Source: Anthoceros angustus (lineage: Eukaryota; Plantae; Anthocerotophyta). From it: a stretch of 64,000 bases of DNA. Under the pieces are notes generated by a model. That model saw only the letters and a program-made list of their open reading frames with translations. It searched no databases and was not told the origin of the DNA. Every line of letters starts with the position of its first letter. Position 1 is the first letter of the stretch. The stretch covers positions 1 to 64,000 of the forward strand of contig VJWM01000273.1 in the NCBI GenBank assembly GCA_010909165.1, given 5' to 3'. Below are positions 37,672 to 50,690 of this stretch, piece by piece. The position numbers were made by a program, and so were the translations under genes.

Positions 37672-38545
37672 CCGAGACTGGGACTGAGACTGAGACCGAG
37701 ACTGAGACTGCGACTGGGAGAGGGAGTGAGTGTCGTGTGTCACGGCTCTCGAGTTGCACTCGCACTCGCACTTCTCTCGGCCTGGGCGTAGGCCTGGGCC
37801 TGGGCCTGGGCCTGGGATACTCATGAAATCGGCGTGCGGCAAAGTGTGTGATTTGATTGAGATGAGAGGCCTGTCGCCAGTGCGTGGCCTGCAGCACCAG
37901 CTCTCTCATCACGCCGGGCTGCTGCTGCTGCTGCTGCTGCTGCTAGCCTGGTACACATGTACGCCTCGCCTCGCATCACCTCGCCCCGCTCCGCTCCGCC
38001 CCGCCCCATAGCCCGCGTGGCCCCCCGCGCCTGGCCGAGGCGGGGCGGGGCGAGGCGAGGCGAGGCGAGGGTCAGAAGTCGGATGATGACAAATCCGCCA
38101 CTCATCACCAAATCTTACCAAGATCCCACACTCACTACAACTCAAGTTCCAGCCGGAGATGTTCCAAGTCCCGATGTTAAGCTCCAGCTGGGCCTGCTGC
38201 TCCTGCTGCTGGCCCGGCCCCTGCCCCTGGCCCTGCCCCTGCCGCGCCTGGCCTGGCCTTGCCCATCACTGTTGCCAGACTCGGCCACCCACGCTATTTG
38301 CTGGGCCCCCTTCCCTGATGAGAGTCCTGACTCAACTCTCCAGGGGCTGGCCGCTGGTTGCTGGACATTGGGCTGGGCTGCCTCCCTGGGGCATCTCGCT
38401 CCACTCTCCACACATTGCCATTCACGTGATCGCTTCCGCCTTCCGCCTTCCGCCACAGCCCCGTGACTCCCCTACCCCAGGCCAGGGGCCCAGGGTCCGC
38501 ACTGCGCACTGCTCACTACTCACTGCGCACTGCTCACTGCGCACT
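37672..38545. repeat. Short microsatellites (GAGACT)n, (CCTGGG)n, (GCT)n, (GGCGA/GGGGC)n, (GCACTGCTCACT)n
   Basis: Visible at ~37672-37715, 37780-37815, 37918-37943, 38030-38070 and 38497-38545. Confidence 0.8.
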
Positions 38546-41500
38546 GCCCGGCCCCAGCCACCCTTCCGTCCCGTTGACCCATTTTCAAATCTCCTCCTCC
38601 CAACGTTATCTGACCTAACAATGCATGACTTGTCACTTAGCCACCACTCTTTTAATTCTCTATCTTGTCCAATTCTGTACCCATACCACTACCTCAACTC
38701 AACGGTGCCTTGGGCTTGGGCTTGGGCTCGGGTATCTTTGGGTACCAGTGCCAAACCCTGTCAGGGGCCTAGCCAACTCGGAACCTGGCCGACGCCGACG
38801 CCCTGTGTACAAGTGCGGAACTTGGTCCGTTGTGCGGAACTTGGAACGGACCACGGAACTTTAACCACGCTTCTATACGTACATGTGTATGTTCACTTCT
38901 TTTATTAATATCCATCAAATATCCTTACAAATTTTGGGACCTGTTTTCACCACGGGCATCCACTCTAGAATCCCTTTTGGTTCTTTGCTACTCTACATTC
39001 TTTTCATAAACCTCTCCCCCTTTGTTCTTAGGGATGAGATGTGGAGTATACCAAAGTCTTGTCTCTATACAATAAATATGTTGAACGAGAATGAGGCTAG
39101 ATTTTGCAAATTCTTTTGCTTCACTCTTCTCCTCCATCATGCACTTGTGCTCTTTGGCTTAGACACACTTTGCACATCGTCTTCCCTCCTCTCTTTTCTT
39201 CAAGCACACTCTTACCTCAGCATTATTAAAATATTGGGTACCGGTCTAGGTACAAGGTGGTGCTTCATCTATGTATGAAAGGATGGTGAAAGCTATAGTA
39301 ATCAATGGTAAAAATATCACTTGATATGACCAATATTGTAGGTTTCATGCTTGTGAAGACGCTTAAGCTTCTACTAGGCAAAACAAGGGAATGTGAATTG
39401 TAGTCGAGGTGGACGATGACATCAAGGTCTCACCATTTGGTAGGGACCCACTCGTATAGACTTTTCTTGTAAGATCAGTAAGTGTAAATGTAATCAGCAG
39501 GACAACGGCGGGTAGATTGCTAATCATGTGGAGTCAAGCCTAGATAAGACACAAACCCAAGCCCAAAGCCCATATTGAAGAAGAACTTAAATAGTCTCCT
39601 TAGAGGCCAATTTAAGTTTCACTTTCAAAAAAGCTTGGTTAAGAAAATCCCCAAAGAAGAGCCCCCATCCTAATACTCTTTCACCAAGTGGCTCTTTACA
39701 ATTGGGGAGTTTTGGGACTACCAATACTCCCACCACTTAGATAAGCCTACTAGGCATATCCATGCAACACACTTCACCATTGACCTACCACGATAGGAGT
39801 TTTGCAAGAACGATAGTACTCCACGAATACCGTATCTATGCAAACCATCATAGGGCATGATTGGCTTAGATGGTCATCGACCGGTTAGGTTTTGCCAATA
39901 TTGATGCATGAAGTTTTTGTAACCATGCTTTTTAGTTGAAAAAAATTAGATCAAGAAGGCAATGGTATAACCAAACCTACAAATCGTCGTAGGTCCTAAA
40001 CAAAATAATCCTATAGGTTAGCTCTTTAAGGGACCGATTGCCCAAACAAGGAACTCCATGGTTTATTGGGAAAACAAGGTCTCCTTAAACTTAGAGTCCG
40101 CTCCTGCCCAAAGCCGAAGAACGTCCCGAAGTGTCTTAAAAGCTTGAACATTTTTTTGTAAATAGTATTTTTCATTTTTTTTGAAAATACAAGCATAAAA
40201 ACATGCAGCAAAATCTAACGCAAATCCTTCAAAACCAAGATTTAGAGAAACATTCATGTATTTTTCATGTTTTTTAAAAATACAAGTGTAAAAATACGTA
40301 ATAAAATCTAACACAAGTTGATTAGAACCTAGATTTAGAGAAACATTCAATGTTAATATAATTCATGTTCAAAATGAACATAATGTATTTCTAAACATGC
40401 AGCTATATTCACATGTGAATGATTGCCATTCACATCAATGTGAATGACCTTCATATACAATTAGCTCATATGAACTTTTTTGTGATAAGAATATGTACAA
40501 AGGTATTTTTATATAGGTACACCTTAATATAAAAATTATACGTCACTCTGTAAAATAGAAACCTAGCTTGGTACGCGTGTACGTGGCCATCCACCAAACG
40601 GTTGGTGGATGTGTAAGACCCTATCCATACAGCAAGCCATTGGGCAATCCTTGCTGAGAGCTTGGGGCTCACACTCGCCGGCACTACAGCGTTGCGGTGA
40701 GCAAATCGAAGTTTAGAGGCGTGGCAGGGTAGACTAGGGGGAGGGGCTGGCAGCGGGACCTCACAGACTGCATCCCGGCACAACGGCCATGGCAACGAAG
40801 GCAGTGGAAGGACTCAAATCAACTTCATCCAACATGCCCTAAACATCAACAAGGTAAAAGCTCCAAAGGACATTGTGTAAGCAGAAGTTGGATAGTATCC
40901 AATCGAAATCCATGGCCTTGACCACTAAGTATGTACAAAGAACCATGTCAATGAGCTGTGAAAGAATACCAAACCTAGCAATTAAAGAACAGCAAACTCT
41001 GGCAAAAAATAGAAAAGGCAACTAGTGGAAACAATTCACAAGATGGCTCAAAAAGTTCAACATCCAAACCACACACATCGAGAAGATAACACCCGAGGAT
41101 ATCAAGAAAGCATACATAATGAAGACTTGGTGAAACAAACCTCTAAAGGGGACAGAGCCTTCTATGTCGACAACACATATTGGAGCATAGCTTGCATTGT
41201 TCGCCGCTATTTAAGGGGTAAACATCAACAACAACTAATGGCAAGGTACAGATGCAGGGCTCATAATCCAAGAGTTCTAATCTAGAGGAAGGAAAAAGAA
41301 AGAGCTGTAGGAATTTGTCAACAATACCAATTAGGGGCAATAGGGGACGAGAAACACTTTGTCTTTGTAACATGCAGCATGTCAAGAAGCCAGAGACAAA
41401 CTACTTGCTAACCTTATGTGCACAAGAGATCTTAAGGTTCTTATGTAGAAAATCCCCAAGACCTTTGCGGCATTCCTCCAAGCAGCAGAGTCAATCACAA

Positions 41501-42639
41501 ATCAAGGTCGCATAGGAACATAAGCCCAAGCGTCATAGCACCAGTTCATACTGAAATACAATGTGATAAACAAAACCAAAATACAAAACTATACTAATTT
41601 TTCAGCTCATCCTTTGTAGTATAATTAACAAAAACTTGATAAACATATTGAAGACAACTATTAACAAACAACATCTTTGTTTCTCCCTTATATACACACG
41701 TGAAATAATTTTTAGTTTTTTGTACATATGATCAACTGAGCTAAACTAAACTGAAAGATGATATCTCAATAATTCAAAAACAAAAAACAGCCCTTTATTT
41801 ACAAAATCACTTTCCGTGTAGTTTTACAAATAGCTTGAAAAATAAATGAATAGTTCAAAACTGTATCTCAAAGCAAATTTTCATACACGGAGCTAAATGA
41901 AGAACTCCCGCCTCACATTTAACACTATATAAATCACAACAACAATAACTCAAAGGTGTATTACGAAAACAACAACCACATAAAACACCAAAATGAAAAA
42001 GAAAGGACAAGAAAAAGACAAAACGTACCCTAGAAAACGAAGACAATTCTTGCTAAACATACAACACATAATAAATACAATTTTACACAACTCAATCACT
42101 TTTCATTTCAAAATTAGTTAAATGTATATTAGATAGTTTGAAAAATCCTAAAAGGTCGGCCTCCCCCTTACGAGGCATGTCAGGTTCCCTCATATGCATG
42201 TCCGGTTGAACGCTAAGTGCATGAAATTTAAATGTAATGTAGTAATTTCATACTTTGAGTTGTCTTAATCCAACTATATGAATCTAATCCGATTTTGTTC
42301 TTTTATTGTTAATATTTACTTTTTTTAATTAATTTATTGAACGGTCAAGAGTCTGTAAGACATCTTAATCCAACTCAAGAGGCAATCCACCCAATTCTGG
42401 AGTCTGTGTTTGAATGATCATCTACCCTTCCTACATTTCATCATATTCCTCGGCTATCCAAGCCTAGGCGAATTCGCACAAGAACTACCCCCAAGTTCCA
42501 AAGGAGCATCTAATCACTCCAGGCCGCATCGCGGGTGAGCATGGCCTACTCTCTCATTTGGTGCTGAGAATTTTGCTATTTTTTTCAACATTTTCATCCA
42601 CAAATGCTACTTGATTCCTCATAGATGCATCATAATGTG

Positions 42640-42839
42640 TGTTAGAGAACTGAGGTTTACTTAGTTACCATTGCTACCACTTAGGGTTAGTGATTAATAG
42701 TAGTTATAACCGTTTTCTAGTCAAGTGATATATACACTACTTTGTATTATAGTTCTAAGTTCTATTACACTCTTCTTATCATGTAGATCGTCTATACTAG
42801 TATTATTGTGCATGATTAACAATCTTTAGAAACGCCACA
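42640..42839 (+). repeat. Copia 5' LTR (200 bp)
   Basis: Manual alignment to 47703-47901 gives about 12 substitutions and 1 indel (~94% identity). Confidence 0.95.
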
Positions 42840-42959
42840 TGGTATCAGAGCCACGTTGATCATGCTTTGTTGCTTGAGCAAAAATTTGCTTATTAAAATC
42901 TGCATTTTAGTATGAGATATAGAGGTTCTTGATTTTCAAAAATGAAATTCAAGTTTTCT

Positions 42960-43506
42960 TGATTTGTCTGCAATGCACGATGCCTCGCAGAAATTTCTGT
43001 GGGCATTTGATGCTGGATGGGAAGTTTGCAAAGCATAAGCAATTTGCTTGTGTTGGAGAACCCAAATTTGAGGAAGAATTTGAGGCTTTATATTTTAAGA
43101 AATCTCTAACTTTAGCGCAGCAAGAAGATAGGCTTAGGTTTTGGAAGAAGTAATTGAGTCATATAATCCTGATTCTCCAAAAACAGAATTCTATCATTCC
43201 AATCTAGTAGGCAAATTGAGACAACCCATTAATCAGGGTTTGCCTTCTTCTTCTTTTACCTATCAACAATCAGTAGATTCTATTTCTAGCTCTGATATTC
43301 TGATAAATTCAATTGTCAATCTTAAAAGTCTTATTCTTGAAATTTCTCGTCGTGCTGATAATCTGTCCATCAAACAAGAGAGATTGTATGAGAGTGATTC
43401 TATTACAATGGTAAAGCTGGAGTTAGACCTCAAGAAGCAGACTAAGGAAATTGAGAAGCTATGTGAGCAGATCACTGCTCTAAGAGCTTCTAATCTAGTC
43501 TCTTAA
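42960..43506 (+). pseudogene. Extra ORF between PBS and gag: Cys/His-rich N-term and coiled-coil C-term, split by one frameshift
   Basis: ORFs 42929-43153 and 43141-43506 join if one T is added to the TTTT run at ~43139-43142, giving DRLRF-LEEVIESY. The C-term LELDLKKQTKEIEKLCEQITAL is heptad-like. Confidence 0.5.
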
Positions 43507-43524
43507 TTTGCAGATTAATGCATC

Positions 43525-46400
43525 ATGGCAACAGGTGACGGTGGATCTCATAGACTGCAGGAGAAAGATCGACTCACCTCAGCCAATTATGATGCGCGAA
43601 GCTTCCCGATTAGGACAATCTTGGAAGAAAAGTTACTTATGGACGTGGTTGATGGAACAACCCCTAGAAGAGTCGCTGGTGAACCTTCAGGTAGAGAGTC
43701 ACCTGGAAAAAGTACAATATCCTGAACACCCAAGGATGAGATGGATTGGCACCAAAAGGATAAGAAGGCTAGGACTATCTTAATATCATTTGTATCACAT
43801 GAAATGATTCCTCATATTATGCTTACCAAGTATGCATTCGAGGTGTCGACGCTCTTCTTAGATACGTATGAATCCAAAGATTTGATGACGGAAGTTGCAG
43901 CCACACTTCACTTTCAGAATCTGCGAATGAAGGAAAATGATTCTGGTTGAGCATGTGATTGAGCCAGAGCAAAGCTCGCTCGTGGTGTCATCATCTTGAA
44001 TCTCGTCGCATGCCTGTTGCCTCCCTACCTCCGAGCTACGAACAATGGAGTTCAAGCCAACAAGCTGCAGCCATTGTCACTCCAGCAACAGCCACAACTC
44101 TTGCGACAACAAATCTCACTGTACAAAATATTGTTGGTGCTCTGATGTAGGCAGAGGCCAACAGGAAGTACATTCATAAATCTGGTTCCAGTGGATCAGG
44201 TTCTTCCCACAAGCAGAATGACACTGCCATATTCTCTGGTCACGGGAGAGGCCGTGGCAAAGGTCGTGGACGTGAAGGCTCAAGACGCGGGAGAGGACGC
44301 GGCTCCTTCGCCGGCCCTAGCTTCAGTTCACAAATCGGTGGGAAGAAGTTCGGAAATTGCAACTACTGCAATAAACTTGGTCACTAGATAAAGGACTGGA
44401 GAAAACACAAGGTTGACGAAGCATCTAAAGGGAAACAGTCTGAAGCACATACAACTAGAGCCTCCACACCGGGTCTGTTAGTTGCACGTTTGGCTTCTTC
44501 TGCAGATAATTCGCAAGTGTGGGTTTAGACTCAGGCACATCAAACCATATGTGTTCCAGCCACAAGTCCTTCATCTTCTACGAATCAGCCTCTACTTGTC
44601 ATGCACGTGCCATAGTGTTAGGAGATAATTCAGAGCTTCCAATAAGAGGTAAGGGAACTGTAGTTGTTACCCTTCAGAATGGGAGCACTTTACAGCTTGA
44701 GAACACCCTACATGTCCCTCTATTGACTAAAAACTTGGTCAGAGTTATGGTATTGGGAAGACAGGTTTGTATAGAATTGTCTTTGAAGGCTTACACTGTG
44801 TTATCTCCAAGAGTGCTGATCCTTCTGTGGTTATAGCTAGAGGGTTCCACGTCATGACCTGTATATCTTAGACTTTGTAGCAGATGTTCATAGAGAGTCT
44901 GCACACGTAACAGATTCATCCATTTCAAAATCAGTCTTAGCTCTTAAGTGGCACTGTAGGTTAGGACATCCTAACATTCAGGCTATGCGTCGCTTGCTGA
45001 AGGAGAAAATGGTTACTAGGTTTACAAATTCCGACCTACCAGACTTGAAGCTTTGCATTGCATGTGTGCATGGCAAGCAGTTCAAGTCGCATTTTGGATC
45101 TAGAAAGCCAAGGAAGGCAACAAAGGTGTTAGACCTCATACATATTGATATTTGTGGCCCGATGTCAACACCATCTTGGGGTGGGGCCATATACTTTGTG
45201 GTCTTCGAGGATGATAAGACATATTTCACAGTAACAGAACTGTTGAAGCATAAAATTGAAGTGTTTGACAGCTTCAAACGCTACCTTGCTTATGCCGAAC
45301 ATCAGACAGGTGCCAAGTTGAAGTGTCTTCGTTCAGATAATGGGAAGGAATATTTGTCAACAACATTTCAAGAATATTGTCAGGAGAAAGGCATTACAAG
45401 ACAACTGACCATTCCCTATCACTCTGACATGAATGGTCGAGCCGAGAGGAGACATAGGACAATTCAAGATGCTGCTCGCTCTCTACTGTCAAGGAGGTTC
45501 GAGATGGTAGACGTAGGTGAGCTGTCCTGCTGCCTAGGTACTCAACTTTTACGAAATACAGAGTCTGGGCAATTAATTATTCATCAAGAGAAGTATATCT
45601 TTGACATGTTGTTCAAGTATAAGTTGATGGATGCCAAACCTATTGCACCCCCATGGAGGCTGGCTGTAAGTTGCTGAAGGAAGAATCACCTCAAACAGAT
45701 GCTGACAGGGAAGCTATGCTTGATGTGCCGTATGCTCATGCTGTTGGGTCTTTGATCTTTTGTTCCAATCACACCCGGCCTGACATCTCTCTCCCAGTGA
45801 GTATGACCTCTCAGTTTTTGAAGGATCCTGGAAAGGTTCACTAGTCAGCAGCTAAACGCATTTTGCGCTATTTGAAAGGAACTAGCAAGCATGGAATCCA
45901 TTATGCAAAACAGACAAAGGGTGAGGAAGCACTTACGTTGGTGGGTTACTGTGACGCTGATTGGGCGTCTGACCTAGATACAAGGAAGTCAGTTTTTGCA
46001 TATGTATTTCTACTTGCTGGAGGTGCTGTGACCTGGTCATCTAAGAAATAATCTACAGTATCATTATCTTCTATTGAAGCTGAGTATGCTGCTCTTACAC
46101 AAGTTGCAAAAGAAGGCATTTGGTTGAGGCGTTCATGGGTCAGCAGTAGACTCAACCGACTTTAATCTACTGCGACAATCAGTCTGCACTTACTCTTGCT
46201 CAAAATCTAGTCTTCCATGCTAGGACTAAACGTATAAAGGTTCATCACCATTTCATTTGTGATGCTGTGAGTTCAGGTCAGATCTATCTTGAGTTCATTG
46301 CTACGGGCTCTAATGCAGCTGATCTGCTTACGAAAGCTCTACCTAAAGTGAAGCATAATCAGTTCAAAGAGATGCTACGAGTTCTAGACTCCAGCGGCAT
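43525..46400 (+). pseudogene. Copia gag-pol pseudogene
   Basis: gag RLTSANY..ILEEKLLMDVVDGT and WHQKDKKARTILI; knuckle CNYCNKLGH* (~44357-44380); protease WGLDSGTSNHMC (44519); KWHCRLGHPN; integrase DICGP, FEDDKT, LRSDNGKEY, MNGRAERRH, fused to late RT FEMVDVGE; RNase H GYCDADWASDLDTRKS, EAEY, FHARTKRI. Confidence 0.93.
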
Positions 46401-46839
46401 ATGAGTTCATGCTAGTCTAGGAAGGACTGATTGTGGTGTGTTGCTAGCAAGGTACCTACGCTTATATGCTCAAATGGTATCAGACTCTGAACTAGTGTCG
46501 TTAAAGAACAAGGATCTTCTGTCTCCTCTCTTCCTCCTTAGTATCTCGAGGTAGTTTGGATCAAAGTCATGTCCAGGCTCTTCCTCGGTGTCTTCATCTT
46601 CAGTTGCATAGATCACTCCTGCCTCATCATACAGTTTGTATCTGGACACTGGTCATCACACCACACAATGTTATTGTTCAGTTCTAGTTGAAGTTCTTCA
46701 GTTTGCTCAAACCACAACAACAATGGGAGGTTTTGGAGTGCTGGAGAAACTTACTGTAAAACGAGATGAAGTTTCTACTTGATCCGCCCCACCTGTACCA
46801 GTTCTCTCGGATCATGGCGATTCCCGTCTCATCACAGAT

Positions 46840-47260
46840 TTATACCTTTGGAGTTAGAAGATCATTCACTCCGTCACCCTCAGTCACAATTCTCACAGTC
46901 TTGTTTGGGTGTCCTCTAGGCAGAGTGAAAGGTCGGCCCCTGTAGTGTATAGGCAGGACCATCTTCTCTTCTCCCTGCTGAGGAACAACAATACTGCTCA
47001 GAGGACCACAAGATAAGATGAAATTATGGCTGACAGGAGGACCAACTCTGGGCACTTGATTAGCGGCATGAATGGCAAGGCCGTTGTGCCTCCTGAGCTC
47101 TTCAATCTCTTCAATTTCCCTTCTTAGCTCAGCCTCTTGCTGCTCCAGTTGTGAGACTCGATTCTCTTAGTACTTGTTCATGCGGCGGCTCTCCCTTCTG
47201 GTCTGGTGCATCCACTTGGGCGTTCTTCCTGCCTTTAGATGATGGCGCCGGATGCAAGTT
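46840..47260 (-). pseudogene. Antisense ORF remnant in the Copia 3' region, with a coiled-coil segment
   Basis: The minus strand reads RRESRRMNKY*ENRVSQLEQQEAELRREIEEIEELRRHNG...MVLPIHYRGRPFTLPRGHPNKTVRIVTEGDG with a single internal stop. Confidence 0.45.
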
Positions 47261-47702
47261 TGTCTTCTAGAATTGGGTATGCTGGCGGATTTGCAGGCGC
47301 AGGGTATGCTCTATGTGTTGGCAGTGGGAGCAGCACACAGCCCTACGCCTCGTATGGTGCCTCGCCACTCAGCAATGAAAAAAGCGACTCCCTTTTCTTC
47401 ACTTGTTTATGAGTCCGAGACTTGGATGGGTGCGCTCGAATTTCCGGCTGGGCTCCTCGACGCCATCTTACGCTCTCACTGACTCCGATGCTTGCTTTGG
47501 CGCTGGGCGCTGATAGATTTGAAGGTGGAGTCTTGAAGTCTGCACGCGCTAAGGACGATGGAGAGTAACTCGTGTTTTAGAGGTGTATGCGAGTGATCAT
47601 GTGCTATATGCAAGGGTTTAGCTTGGGGTTTTGTCTAACCCCATTTGTTAAATATACTTTATGAAACTCTACTCAACTTAGGTGGTTAGCAATGAGTGGG
47701 AT

Positions 47703-47901
47703 CGTTAGAGAACCAAGGTTTACTTAGTTACTATTGCTACCATTTAGGGATAGTGATTATTAGTAGTTATAACCATTTTCTAGTCAGGTGATATATACAC
47801 TACTTGTATTATAGTTCTAAGTTCTATTACACTCCTTTTATCATGTAGATCGTCTATACTAGTATTATTGTGCATGATTAACAATCTTTAGAAATGCCAC
47901 A
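47703..47901 (+). repeat. Copia 3' LTR (199 bp)
   Basis: Matches 42640-42839; the initial T is mutated to C; followed by the TSD ATGTG. Confidence 0.95.
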
Positions 47902-50549
47902 ATGTGGTTGGTCGTGTTGAAGCTAGAAGCGCTTGCTATGGTGCATGCATCAGCACTAACTGTTTGCCCAAAGATCAAATCAATGAACCGTACTCAACAT
48001 TTCTAGCATGCCACAAATTGCACCCTTGTTCGATTGCTCTTTGCAGTAGCTCATGAGAAGTAGGAAGTGATAACATAGCTCTAGCAATTTTTTCAGATTG
48101 AATAATCAAGGGGATCGGCATGACGGAACATGAGTTTCAACGATTTGTCTCGAGCAAATCCCTCAAGACGCGCAGTGACCAATGTAGGGTTAGTTTTGAA
48201 GAATCAAACCCTCTTCTTTAATATCTAAACATATTATTGTATTGGAAAACATATTATGTGTGTTCATGATCTAGTTCTTAACGGAAGGAAAGTCGAAAAA
48301 CGAAAGCTCACAGCAAGCTAAAAACTCTTTAAAAACTATAGATAGACTTATAACCGGTGAGGTTGAATAGTAGAATAAGTACATGGTTGTGGCATTGACA
48401 TCGTGGGTCTTGCACCTCCTCCTGGTAGCTTGGCAATGCATGGGTTAAAGGACATGAGTTAAAGCTCTAACAAATTCCTATGTATATTATTTCCCCAGTG
48501 GTAGAAGGTACTACTCAAGGTGTTGGAACAACTTCAATGGACACATCTTACGCACTGACGGTACAAAGCAATTGAATCATGAATCTAGGACACCACGAAG
48601 TAGATATGTACATGAAGGATTGAGTACAAACATTTAGCAACTGGAATCTCCAATAGGAGATGCCATTCTCGGGCTCCAACACAACCTATAAATGTGTGAG
48701 GAGTCTCATAAGAAAAGGAAAGCACCTATTAATGAACAAAGGGGTTGTAAACGAGAGAGCTCATTTTGGGAAGTTTATGAAAAAAAGAACTTGATATGAA
48801 AGTGGTAAAAGAAATTGTGAAACCTTTGAAAAATACTTTCCATGGCCTACGAGGCATATGGACTAATCTATGAGCGCTCCCTCACAAAAGTTTCCTCATG
48901 CCGAGGTTGCAAGAGAAGTCACAATTGCTAATAATCAACACATACCATAATACAATCCATTCAATGGTAATATATTCTACTTACTTTCTTAAAAAATCTT
49001 TTACACCAAACCAAACCTTGGGCACTCTATCCTGGGCTTCCTTGGCTTCTTAAAGCTGGTGTGTCCTCGCCTTCAGCATTTCTTTGTCGTTTCCATTAGT
49101 GAAGAAAGGCTTCAGGCGTGAAGCACACATGGGCAAGCCATCGATACAAACTTGTGATAGGAAGATATTGAGAAGCTTTAGAGGCCGGTAAAGAGCGTGG
49201 TTGGATTGTGAGAGTCGCCGATATGCCGGAAACCCAAGCCCAAGGAAACGGAATACAATATGGGTAGTACGAAGGAGGAAAGGTAGATACATGAAAATGG
49301 GTAGTACGAAGGAGGAAAGGTAGATACATGAAAATGATGTAGTAGTAGGTAGGTAGTATTGTAGCGGGAGTGGGAAGGGACGCATGCAACGGGATTGACG
49401 TAGCAAGCGATGTGGCTGTGAGGTCCCGTCCCTTTTTAGCATGGGCATGCTTGGGGACCTCGACCTCCGAGAAGGTTGTGCCACCGCCAAACCCTTAAAC
49501 CGAAACGAGACAACGAAACCCAACATGATGATGGCCTTGGAATGCGATGTTTGCATGGTTTTCAGAACAAGCTGGAGCTGGAGGGTACAAGAGAGGTAGG
49601 AATGTATGTATGCATGTATGTATGGATGTATGGATGTATGTGTTCTTGTACCCCGGTCGGGCCCACCGGGCCCCCGGGCCCCGGGCGCGGTGCCCGGGTA
49701 ACATTGTAAAAGGAGGTACCAACTTGAGTGCGGGCTGGGGCAAACTGCAAATTGCGGGAAGTGACAAGGCGCAGTGTCCTGGGGCTTGGAGGGGCATGGG
49801 GGCTGCGAGTACGGACACGCACAGAGAGAGATGGGACCTGGTGCCCGGTGCCCATCTCCCCCGCGGACCACAATAAAATAGTGGAGGGGCCGCCATCCTC
49901 CAAGAAACAGACGAGCCCCAGCAGCACCTCTGCTCTCTCCGCCTCTTCGCCCGGGACGGGAGGCTCTGCTGCAGCTTGCCCGACGAGAGTTTCGAGTTCT
50001 GGAGGATGAAGCGAGGTTGTGCGTGCTAGTTTGTGTGAGAGCGAGCGAGACTAGACTGGAGATCCAATCCACGACCGCGGGTTGGAACTTGGAACGAACC
50101 ATGCTTTTTCTGCTGCTGCTGCTGCTCCTGCAGAAAGAGCAATATAAGTTTAGGCTTTCTGCTGCTGCTGGTGCGCTCCCGGGTTTCGGGCCCCGGGCCC
50201 CGGATCCCGACTGGGGGCTGGGGACCTGGGGTGGATCGGATTGGATGGGATGGCATTGTCCACAAAGGGTCCGAGAGGTCGCGACTGCTCTACACTCCAC
50301 GCTCTCGCTCTCGCTCTCGCCCTCGTTGTTGTGTCGTGTCTAGTGTTTGTGTCTAGTGTTGTGTCTAGTGTTGTGTATGTATGTAGGTGCAAGTGTGTGT
50401 GTGTAGAGTAGAGCTTCTCCTCTCCTTTCCATATAGGCCAGAATTTTGTTCCCTGGCCGTGGCGTTGGCGCGCCGTCGCGCGCAGGCTTCCGGATTGGTC
50501 CCCCGCCCCCTTGTTCTTCGCTCCGCATCCTGCGCTACATTCTCTGCCC

Positions 50550-50690
50550 GCCTGGCATGGCCTGGCTTGGCATGGCATGGCATGGCCTGGCCTGGCCTGA
50601 CCTGGCCTGGCCTGGACTGGCCTGGCCTGGCCTGGCCTGGCCTGGCCTGCGCACTGACCTGACTTGATGACCTGTGACCTGACCTCTGCC
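50550..50690. repeat. (GGCAT)n/(GGCCT)n and (TGACC)n pentanucleotide repeats
   Basis: Visible 5-bp periodicity. Confidence 0.85.

Larger units (their letters stand above)
42640..47901 (+). mobile_element. Bounded Ty1/copia LTR retrotransposon, internally deleted and non-autonomous
   Basis: 5' LTR 42640-42839 (TG..CA); PBS TGGTATCAGAGCC 42840-42852 (tRNA-iMet); PPT AATGAGTGGGA before the 3' LTR 47703-47901 (CG..CA); 5-bp TSD ATGTG at 42635-42639 and 47902-47906. Confidence 0.97.

Noticed and set aside
34647-37912. ORFs of 150-370 aa such as 36463-37578 and 36501-37565
   Set aside because: Dipeptide repeats (GA, GQ, AS, LP, EA) come directly from microsatellites.
39600-41300. LINE-like remnants in the AT-rich intergenic region
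   Set aside because: Only vague Trp-spaced peptides across many stops; no diagnostic RT or endonuclease motif.
49050-50300. 416-aa minus-strand ORF
   Set aside because: GC-rich low-complexity sequence running through an (ATGT)n microsatellite and a 36-bp duplication. Only a faint LINE-RT-like YRPLKLLN..ASRLKP near its end, which is insufficient for a call.
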